From: Gemmatimonadota bacterium
GTDB taxonomy: Bacteria > Latescibacterota > UBA2968 > UBA8231
Reading direction: 5' to 3'
Length of the DNA stretch: 11,013 nucleotides
Assembly: GCA_038153405.1 (NCBI GenBank)
Contig: JAYOYH010000090.1
Location: forward strand, 1 to 11,013
Program-made: the position numbers and the translations under genes
The notes under the pieces: model-generated
The model's input: only the letters and a program-made list of their open reading frames with translations
Told to the model about the DNA's origin: nothing
The model's database searches: none
In this document: positions 1-6,356 of the stretch, piece by piece
Position numbering within the stretch: position 1 is the stretch's first letter
Layout: the number at the start of each line of letters is the position of its first letter

Positions 1-47
1 TACAGGTGATCCAGCAGTTGGTGTGTTTGCCCTTGAGCTGTGTCCAC
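1..47 (-). CDS. possible 5' end of a divergent gene running off the left edge (GTG start, MDTAQGQTHQLLDHL...); product unknown
   Basis: Minus-strand frame is open from GTG 47-45 (or TTG 50-48) to the window edge. 'QLLDHL' loosely recalls N-termini of some ECF sigma factors, but only ~15 codons are visible and there is no clear RBS. Confidence 0.2.
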   Translation of the reverse strand, partial: MDTAQGQTHQLLDHL

Positions 48-104
48 CAAATTGCTTAGTGTACGCGGCGACGTTCAACGCATTCCCTTTTCAGGAGCCA
101 ATAG

Positions 105-935
105 ATGACCACTGCGACCCATCGCCATCTGACCGATGCAGAAGTCGAAGCGTTTTGGGAAGATGGCTTTATCGTCGTCAAAAACGTGCTCGACGAACGG
201 ACCATTGAAACGGCCAAGCGAGCCATTCTCGATATGGTGCCGAAAGATCTGGTCTTTCCCGATCATTTTGCCTCGCACAGCGGTCGCCTCAAGCCGCATC
301 AGCCCGACGGCGATCAGAGCTTTTATACTCCGGAACTGCTGCCCCTCATGTATAACGAGAAGCTCTACGGCGTAATGACGGACCTATTTGAGACAGAATA
401 TCTGCAGGTGCGCGATGGTTCTGTTGGCATCACTATTAAGGACGCTGGTCCGGCTGGACTGACGCAGAAGCTGCACTTAGATATGCGACGTCCAGCGCGC
501 GAGCAGCTAACGCGCGAATTGATTCGCTTTGACGTGGGTATGGGCGGCTGCTACTACTTGTCCGACGTCGAGGAAAACGGCGCCGGTATCCACGTGATCA
601 AGGGCGGCCACAAGATGGCGGAAGAGATCTTCTTCAACGAAGAGGACGGCCTGGAACGCTTTGAAAACTGGCGCAATATCAACGATCTGGCACCGTCGAT
701 GGAAGTAACGGCGCAGGCCGGCGATTTTGTATTGATGCACCACATGATGCCGCACGGGGCGAGCCGCAACAAAAACGCCGTGCCGCGCGTGGCGCAGTTT
801 ACGCGCTTTTATCGCTTGAGTGAAGAGCAGGCGCGGCAGGCTCCTGGACCAGATAAGCCTATGAGCGCCGATGCGGAGAATGCGCTTAACGAGCTAGGTC
901 GCAAGCTGTTTCGCTTGGATCCGTGGATTGCTTAG
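105..935 (+). CDS. phytanoyl-CoA dioxygenase (PhyH)-family Fe(II)/2-oxoglutarate dioxygenase
   Basis: 276 aa; RBS AGGAG at 93-97. N-terminal 'LTDAEVEAFWEDGFIVVKNVL' is typical of PhyH. Metal triad H-x-D (KLHLD) plus distal His (HHMMPHGASRN); 'GAGIHVIKGGH' and 'AGDFVLMH' strands; downstream Arg (PRVAQF). Confidence 0.9.
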   Translation: MTTATHRHLTDAEVEAFWEDGFIVVKNVLDERTIETAKRAILDMVPKDLVFPDHFASHSGRLKPHQPDGDQSFYTPELLPLMYNEKLYGVMTDLFETEYLQVRDGSVGITIKDAGPAGLTQKLHLDMRRPAREQLTRELIRFDVGMGGCYYLSDVEENGAGIHVIKGGHKMAEEIFFNEEDGLERFENWRNINDLAPSMEVTAQAGDFVLMHHMMPHGASRNKNAVPRVAQFTRFYRLSEEQARQAPGPDKPMSADAENALNELGRKLFRLDPWIA

Positions 936-937
936 AT

Positions 938-1798
938 ATGACAGATTGGCAACCTACAGCGCAGCAGCAGCGCGATTGGGATGAGAAGGGATATTTTATC
1001 GCGCGCAACCTGGTATCCGTCGAGGCGGCCGCGGAAATGCGCGGGGTAATAAAGAATGTCTTGCTCTCACCCGAGCCCGATGCGCGAACGGATGCCGATC
1101 CGATGGATCCCATGGGCGATACGCCGGAAGCGCGCGCTGCGCGCTTCCGCAAGCTCAACGGCTTTTGTCACACCTCGCCGCTACTTTGGCAATCGGCCTA
1201 CATTGGCGCGATGGCGCCGCTGGCCCGCCATTCCCAGGGGCCCGACGTGCTGCTGAAGTTTAGCAGCGTTTTTATCAAACCGGCGCGCACGGGTGCGGCC
1301 ACGCCCTGGCATCAGGACAACGGGCTGTGGCGCGACGGGGAGACCGAACCGTTCAGCCTGTGGATGGCGCTCGACCCCGCTACGCGTGAAAACGGCTGTC
1401 TGCAGTTTATTCCCGGTTCGCACAGGACGGAAATCGTGCCGCACGTGCTCTACGAAGACAGCATTCACGGCGAGCTGCCGCGTGCGCGCGTGCGCGAGAT
1501 GATAGATCGACACGGAATCGAGCACATTGAACTACAGCCCGGCGATGCCGTGTGCTGGCACGCTTCGCTGTGGCACTACAGTCCAATCAATCCGAGTCCC
1601 TGCGGTCGCATCGGCATAGCGGGGGTCTTCACTACACCCCAACGCGCGACGCGTTCCAAGCGCAGTTGGGGCAGTCTGCCGTGGGTGGTGCGCGACGGAC
1701 GGGTGTGTGCTGCGTTTCCGGTAGAAGAATTCGAAGTTCCGGAAGAGGGTAGAGAACCGGCACCGCCCTTCATGCGGGCCGATAGCGTCGGGGCGTAG
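938..1798 (+). CDS. PhyH-family Fe(II)/2-oxoglutarate dioxygenase
   Basis: ATG 938 lies 2 nt after the upstream TAG and is preferred over the GTG at 923. Motifs: 'WDEKGYFIARNL', 'FIKPARTGAATPWHQD' (H-x-D), 'WMALDPATRENGCLQFIPGSH', 'PGDAVCWHASLWHYSPIN' (distal His), 'GRIGI'. Confidence 0.93.
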   Translation: MTDWQPTAQQQRDWDEKGYFIARNLVSVEAAAEMRGVIKNVLLSPEPDARTDADPMDPMGDTPEARAARFRKLNGFCHTSPLLWQSAYIGAMAPLARHSQGPDVLLKFSSVFIKPARTGAATPWHQDNGLWRDGETEPFSLWMALDPATRENGCLQFIPGSHRTEIVPHVLYEDSIHGELPRARVREMIDRHGIEHIELQPGDAVCWHASLWHYSPINPSPCGRIGIAGVFTTPQRATRSKRSWGSLPWVVRDGRVCAAFPVEEFEVPEEGREPAPPFMRADSVGA

Positions 1799-1855
1799 AT
1801 GCGTGAAGGCCGTTGGAGAATGGGTTCGACGGGTGAGTGTGCGAGCCTGCGCGAC

Positions 1856-3340
1856 TTATCCGGCCGCGACGCGTTCCAACGTTTCGATTAGTAACTTTGG
1901 GTCAATTGGTTTGGATACATAATCGTCCATGCCGACGCTGAGACACGCGTCTCTGTCGCCCGTCATGGCGTGCGCGGTCATGGCGATGATGGGAATGCGA
2001 TGTGAGCCATTTTCGGATTGGCGAATGCGTCGCGTCGCTTCCATGCCATCCATCGTTGGCATCTGCACGTCCATCAGCACGATGTCGTAGCGGTTTTGAG
2101 CCACCATCTCTAGCGCGACGGCACCGTCTCCCGCGACGTCTACGCTGTGCCCTCTGCGTTCAAGCACTGTTCTGGCAACCAGTTGGTTGACGATGTTGTC
2201 TTCTACAAGGAGGACGTGAAGATTGTTCTCTGGTACGGCGTCTGCTTCGGTGGGCTCAGTCGAAGCACCGGCGCGTTCGTGCGGTAGGGGCTTTGCATTG
2301 TCGCCGGTATGCATGGCCTTTTTCATAGGTAGGACAAACCAAAACGTGCTGCCGTGACCTTCGCTGCTTTCAAAGCCGATTTCGCCGTCCATGCGCTCGA
2401 CCAGCAGATAACAGATTGCCAGGCCCAGCCCAGTCCCTTCGAACGTGCGCGTATACGACGAGTCGACCTGAGAAAAGTTTTGGAATATCAGGTGGTGCTT
2501 TTCTTCGGGAATACCAACGCCCGTATCGCGTACGCTGAAGCGAGTGAGGCGAGAGCCATTTTCATCAGTGCCCCCATCCTCTATAGAGAGCGATACAGAG
2601 CCCGATAAGGTGAACTTAATGCCGTTGCCAACGAGGTTAATCAGAATCTGGCGAATGCGTCCGGAGTCGCCATAAAAATAGTCATCAAGTTCGGTGTCTA
2701 TGGCTAAGTTTAGCTCTATGCCCCTGGTAATGGCGCGCGTCTCAAGCAGGTCTAACACGCCCTGCGCCAACTTGCGCAGGTTAAAGTCACTCGGGTAAAT
2801 ATCGAGCTTGCCCGCCTCGAGCTTTGAATAGTCGAGCACGTCGTTGATTATGGTCAACAGCGCTTCGGAGGAGTCCTGTATTGTCTCGGCAAAGTGCCGC
2901 TGCTCATCGTTTAACTGCGTATCCAATAGCACACTGACCATGCCGAGAACGCCGTTCATGGGCGTGCGTATTTCGTGGCTCATATTGGCTAGAAAAGCAG
3001 ACTTCGTCTTGCTAGCCGCTTCTGCGCGCTCCAGTGCGTCGCGCAGCTCGACTGTGCGCTCTTCGACGAGTTTTTCCAGGTTAGTGAGGGTTTCCTGCAG
3101 CTGCTGGTTGGCGTCGAAAAGCGCACGCGACCGCTCTTCTACGATCGATTCGAGTTCTTTGCGCGCAGCTCGCTCTCGCTCAAAGCGGCGCTTGTACGGG
3201 TTGTCTTCCAAAGCGGCCTGAAGTTGTTGGTTGGTCTCGAATAATTCGCGCGTGCGCGCTTCTACAACCGACTCGAACTCTTTGCGCGCCATTCGCTCTC
3301 GCTCAAAGCGGCGCATGTATGGATCGCGTTCTACCGGCAT
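1856..3340 (-). CDS. soluble hybrid sensor histidine kinase/response regulator (HisKA-HATPase-REC), H-NOX-associated (HnoK-like)
   Basis: 494 aa. H-box [11 protein letters not shown]-box [15 protein letters not shown]1 DTGVGIP, F-box [10 protein letters not shown]2 GTGLGL. REC has [20 protein letters not shown] and SKP. No TM helix; the N-terminus is coiled coil only. Starts 12 nt after the H-NOX stop. Confidence 0.96.
   Translation of the reverse strand: MPVERDPYMRRFERERMARKEFESVVEARTRELFETNQQLQAALEDNPYKRRFERERAARKELESIVEERSRALFDANQQLQETLTNLEKLVEERTVELRDALERAEAASKTKSAFLANMSHEIRTPMNGVLGMVSVLLDTQLNDEQRHFAETIQDSSEALLTIINDVLDYSKLEAGKLDIYPSDFNLRKLAQGVLDLLETRAITRGIELNLAIDTELDDYFYGDSGRIRQILINLVGNGIKFTLSGSVSLSIEDGGTDENGSRLTRFSVRDTGVGIPEEKHHLIFQNFSQVDSSYTRTFEGTGLGLAICYLLVERMDGEIGFESSEGHGSTFWFVLPMKKAMHTGDNAKPLPHERAGASTEPTEADAVPENNLHVLLVEDNIVNQLVARTVLERRGHSVDVAGDGAVALEMVAQNRYDIVLMDVQMPTMDGMEATRRIRQSENGSHRIPIIAMTAHAMTGDRDACLSVGMDDYVSKPIDPKLLIETLERVAAG
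3077..3322 (-). repeat. in-frame tandem duplication, 2 x 123 bp (41 aa), at the kinase N-terminus
   Basis: [41 protein letters not shown] vs [41 protein letters not shown]: 27/41 identical by hand count. DNA anchor CGCTCAAAGCGGCGC occurs at 3177 and 3300 (period 123). Confidence 0.95.
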
Positions 3341-3352
3341 ATAAAAAATCGA

Positions 3353-3895
3353 CTAATTCTTGCGAATTTCAAATCGAACGTGCGCCTGATCATCGGTCGA
3401 ATTATCAGACACCTCGATCGTTGCGTCGCATTCGTAGTACGCTAACGCACCCTCGATGAGCCCTCGGGCTAACATGCCAAAGTGACGGTGAGAGCGGTAG
3501 TCGAGTACGAGGGTATTGTCGTCGACTTGGTTTGTGCTGATGCTGGGCAGTTGGGCGTTGGGATAGAGTTTCTGCACTTCTCGGTGAATGTGCTCATCGA
3601 CTGTGGCGAGAAACGAGAAGGCGTCGGAGTGGCCCGAGAAAAACTGCGGGTAGAGCGATGAAAAACGCGTCGCTAAATGCGTGCCAAAGAGGTGTACGAG
3701 CGTTTCGACAGGTACGTCGGCGCGCTTGCTGAGAGCGACGACCAAGTTGATGATCTCTTGGTGGTCGTAAGATCCCACCGCTGTATAGGCGCCGTCGTTT
3801 TCCACACCCGCGTCATCGAGGATGGCGTCTACGGTGTCAAGGTCAAACTTTTCTTCCACCAGTTCGAGAAACTCAGTGAACACGACTCCTAACAT
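3353..3895 (-). CDS. hnoX: H-NOX / heme NO-binding (HNOB) domain protein, stand-alone, proteobacterial-type
   Basis: 180 aa. 'MLGVVFTEFLELVEEKF' start, 'GAYTAVGSYDHQE', proximal His104 (HIHREVQKLYP), conserved Pro117, Y133-x-S135-x-R137 heme-binding motif, 'GLIEG'. RBS GGAG (plus-strand CTCC 3904-3907). Confidence 0.96.
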   Translation of the reverse strand: MLGVVFTEFLELVEEKFDLDTVDAILDDAGVENDGAYTAVGSYDHQEIINLVVALSKRADVPVETLVHLFGTHLATRFSSLYPQFFSGHSDAFSFLATVDEHIHREVQKLYPNAQLPSISTNQVDDNTLVLDYRSHRHFGMLARGLIEGALAYYECDATIEVSDNSTDDQAHVRFEIRKN

Positions 3896-3960
3896 GGTGC
3901 AGTCTCCGGCTTTGATCTACCGCTATGGCACGGCGGTAGCATCGGTTGTATTTAGCGTTG

Positions 3961-3989
3961 ACGTTAAGGAAAAAAATGGATAAAGACAA
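3961..3989 (-). promoter_or_regulatory. candidate sigma70-type promoter for the hnoX-kinase pair 1
   Basis: Minus strand TTGTCT (3989-3984)-N17-TAACGT (3966-3961), in an AT-rich tract ~65 nt upstream of the ATG. Confidence 0.4.
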
Positions 3990-4227
3990 GTAAATTACGA
4001 GGGCCGCGGCTCACAGCTTGAAAAGGGACAAATCGCGCAGAATAGGGACAATTTAAACGGCAAAAAATGTGGATGAGACGACCGATTGCAACACCCTGGC
4101 TCGGCGATACGCCTGTGGGGGCGGTTCTGCAAAATATGTGAAGAGTAAGCCCGCCAATGCAGGCAGCACGCGGCGGAGTCGCAGTTGGGTGCTGCGATCC
4201 GCCGCGCAGTTAAGGAGCCGCTGCTGG

Positions 4228-5445
4228 CTATTTGTCGCCGAACTTGCGCAGACCGACAAAGCCGCCGATGGCTAGCACGAGTAAGACGATGGACACAATG
4301 GGCCGTGCAAAAAACCAGGCAATGGCAATGGTCAGCAGTGCCAAGGGCAAGGCGATGAGAATGGCGATCAGCGTCGTGCCTACGCCTACGACCGTGCCAA
4401 TGTGAATGCCGACAAACGGAATGCGATCGATGACTGTTTCAAGGATTTTAAACAGCATCGTTAGCCCAATGGCCATCATGGCGATGCCAACGATGCGCAG
4501 CAGCCACGTTTCCATCGCCAGCTCTTCTTCGGCCGCATTAAACATCAGGTCTGCGCTGGCCAGACCGACTTGGAGCAGTTCTACCGTGCCTGTCTTGCTC
4601 AAATAGGGCTCAAGTCGACTGCCGTTCTGTCGCGATACGACGCTGACCTCTGTCTCCGTCGGGATGATTTCAAAGCGCACCTTTAGGTCGCCGATCTGCG
4701 GCGACGAGGGACTGTCGCCCACGTAGAGGCTGTTCCCCGTGCGGTGCACCGTGCGACCTCCTATCTGCTCAACTGCATTGGCGGGCAGGCGCATTTCTTC
4801 AAAGGCGTCGATTTTCTCTATCAGCGACGGCGACAGCTGAAAAGCGCCGACCACAATGCGGTCGGCCACGTACTCGTCGCTCTCGTAGGGAATCGCCGCC
4901 GGGTTTTCGTGTCCGGCACGCTTGCGAAACGATCCGGAGTCAATGTGGTTTTCCGACCACGTCTTGCGGTATTTGTAGCTGGTAACCGTTTTCTCTCCCC
5001 CGCCACTGGTCTTTTCTTTACGCTCTTCTTTTTCCTCGTCCCACTGGTACATTTCCGTCGTGCGCCGCAGCTTGAGCGCTCCCGTCTCTACACCGAAGTC
5101 CAAATCGGCCAGCTGCTCATCGGTCGTAGCTTCACCGCTGAAATGGATGAGCTGGCCGTTGTTGGAGGCATCTACGGCATCGGATGTTACCGGAATGACA
5201 GCCCCTTTGCCCTCTTCAAGTGCTTTGGCTACGTCGACGGCGCGTCCCTCATTCCAGAACAGCAGCGGAAAAGCGGCCAAGAACATCACAAATCCGATGA
5301 CGGATTTGGAGGCTTGCTCCTGCAGCCGCGATCCCCAGGATTGGTGCGTCACCTCGGTAAACGAATCGGAGGAATGGCCCTCTTCTTCGTACGACTCTCC
5401 TTCGTACGATTCTTCTTCGTACGACTCTTCTTCTTGGTCGGCCAT
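4228..5445 (-). CDS. TMEM43/LUMA-family (DUF1625) membrane protein
   Basis: 405 aa. 'FTEVTHQSWGSRL', TM1 ending in 'LLFWNEGRAV', 'NNGQLIHFSG', 'LRRTTEMYQWDE', 'YRKTWSENHIDSGSF...GHENP' and 'PQIGDLKVRF' match my recollection of the family. A large soluble domain is followed by three C-terminal hydrophobic helices. RBS GGAAAGGA (plus 5453-5460). Confidence 0.9.
   Translation of the reverse strand: MADQEEESYEEESYEGESYEEEGHSSDSFTEVTHQSWGSRLQEQASKSVIGFVMFLAAFPLLFWNEGRAVDVAKALEEGKGAVIPVTSDAVDASNNGQLIHFSGEATTDEQLADLDFGVETGALKLRRTTEMYQWDEEKEERKEKTSGGGEKTVTSYKYRKTWSENHIDSGSFRKRAGHENPAAIPYESDEYVADRIVVGAFQLSPSLIEKIDAFEEMRLPANAVEQIGGRTVHRTGNSLYVGDSPSSPQIGDLKVRFEIIPTETEVSVVSRQNGSRLEPYLSKTGTVELLQVGLASADLMFNAAEEELAMETWLLRIVGIAMMAIGLTMLFKILETVIDRIPFVGIHIGTVVGVGTTLIAILIALPLALLTIAIAWFFARPIVSIVLLVLAIGGFVGLRKFGDK
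5381..5433. repeat. 15-bp tandem repeat (~3.5 copies) encoding an acidic (EEESY)n N-terminal tail of the TMEM43 protein
   Basis: TCTTCTTCGTACGAC / TCTCCTTCGTACGAT / TCTTCTTCGTACGAC / TCTTCTTC, giving EEESYEEESYEGESYEEE. Confidence 0.92.
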
Positions 5446-5710
5446 GATTCGGTCCTTTCCCGTTAGGATGCGATGCTGAGCACACGGGCCCGTCCGCTAG
5501 GCGGGTGTTTGGTGCCACTCCTAGGCAACGGTACATGTTGCGGGTATCAATATAGTTCGACTCGGGCCGCTGACCAAATATAGCAAAGCCGGCTTTTTAG
5601 CTCGATTGTTTGGCATGGAAGAAGCGCAGTCGAACGTCCCGGTGTCCTCCATATGAAAGCGCGAAAAACTTATCCCTAAGCTAGTATTATTGCATAAAAG
5701 ATGGAAAATT

Positions 5711-5746
5711 GCGCGTTGAATCAATTTTTACTTGAATCCAACGCGC
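5711..5746. promoter_or_regulatory. imperfect inverted repeat overlapping the -35 element (candidate operator)
   Basis: GCGCGTTGAATCAA-TTTTTAC-TTGAATCCAACGCGC. The outer 8 bp are a perfect inverted repeat (GCGCGTTG/CAACGCGC); the inner part has one mismatch and one indel. Confidence 0.45.
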
Positions 5747-5761
5747 GTTCATTTTTATAAT
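5732..5761 (+). promoter_or_regulatory. sigma70-type promoter for the hnoX-kinase pair 2
   Basis: TTGAAT (5732-5737)-N18-TATAAT (5756-5761, perfect -10), followed by RBS AAGGAGG (5776-5782) and ATG 5791. Confidence 0.7.
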
Positions 5762-5790
5762 CGCATGTAACCTTTAAGGAGGGGCGCGCT

Positions 5791-6345
5791 ATGTACGGAC
5801 TAGTACACACGGCTATGAGGGATATGATCATCCGCGATTTTGGCGAGGATCGATGGGCAAATATTCTGCAGAAAGCCAACGTGGGAGAAGAAGCATTCAC
5901 TCCTATGGAGAGCTACGACGATGCGATTACTCTGCAACTAGTGGGGGCCGCCAGTGAGGAACTGAGTTTACCCGTGGCCGACTGTCTGCGCGCATTTGGC
6001 AAGTTCTGGGTGCTCGACACGGCTGCCAAGTATTACGGCGGTGCCATGCTGTCGGGTTACGGCGATACGGTCTGGGATCTACTGGAAAACCTCGACCACA
6101 TGCACGATCGCATGGCCAGCACGTTCCAAGGATATAACCCCCCCTCCTTCCAGCTGGAAAACACGGACGATGGCTCACACCTTCTGCACTATCGGAGCAG
6201 TCGCCAGGGCCTGGCGCCGCTAGTGGAGGGCTTGATCGATGGGTTGGCTGAGCGCTTCAACGCGGATATAAGCTATGAAATTGCTTCCAGCGAATTGGTC
6301 GATGGGGGAGACCATATCGTCTTCAACATGACAGAGGCCAAATAA
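5791..6345 (+). CDS. hnoX: H-NOX / heme NO-binding domain protein, sGC-beta1/cyanobacterial-like subtype
   Basis: 184 aa. 'MYGLVH' start, 'FGEDRWANI', 'SYDDAITLQLVGAASEEL', 'FGKFW', proximal His105 (NLDHMH), Pro118 (PPSF), Y134-x-S136-x-R138 (HYRSSRQGL), 'GLIDG'. Strong RBS. Confidence 0.97.
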   Translation: MYGLVHTAMRDMIIRDFGEDRWANILQKANVGEEAFTPMESYDDAITLQLVGAASEELSLPVADCLRAFGKFWVLDTAAKYYGGAMLSGYGDTVWDLLENLDHMHDRMASTFQGYNPPSFQLENTDDGSHLLHYRSSRQGLAPLVEGLIDGLAERFNADISYEIASSELVDGGDHIVFNMTEAK

Positions 6346-6356
6346 GCCATACGCCA

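Noticed and set aside
923..937. GTG start for PhyH2 overlapping PhyH1
   Set aside because: ATG 938 directly follows the upstream stop and gives a typical N-terminus.
4053..4275. Small ORFs (68 aa on each strand) in the TMEM43-hnoX1 gap
   Set aside because: No RBS or motif; both overlap the TMEM43 3' end. A small protein cannot be fully excluded.
5381..5433. Tandem repeat as a CRISPR array
   Set aside because: Units are 15 bp, contiguous, spacer-less and in frame within a CDS; no cas genes are present.
4744..5479. Plus-strand ORFs 4744-5466 (240 aa) and 5060-5479 (139 aa)
   Set aside because: Antisense shadows of the TMEM43 gene with no recognisable motifs.
5491..5510. Hairpin CGTCCGC-TAG-GCGGGTG-TTT as terminator or riboswitch
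   Set aside because: Relies on G-U pairs on the strand opposite the TMEM43 mRNA, has a short U-tract, and shows no recognisable riboswitch motif.
5698..5724. NsrR- or FNR-like boxes (AAGATG..., TTGAATCAA) upstream of hnoX2
   Set aside because: Only a partial half-site for NsrR, and the FNR spacing TTGAT-N4-ATCAA is not met.
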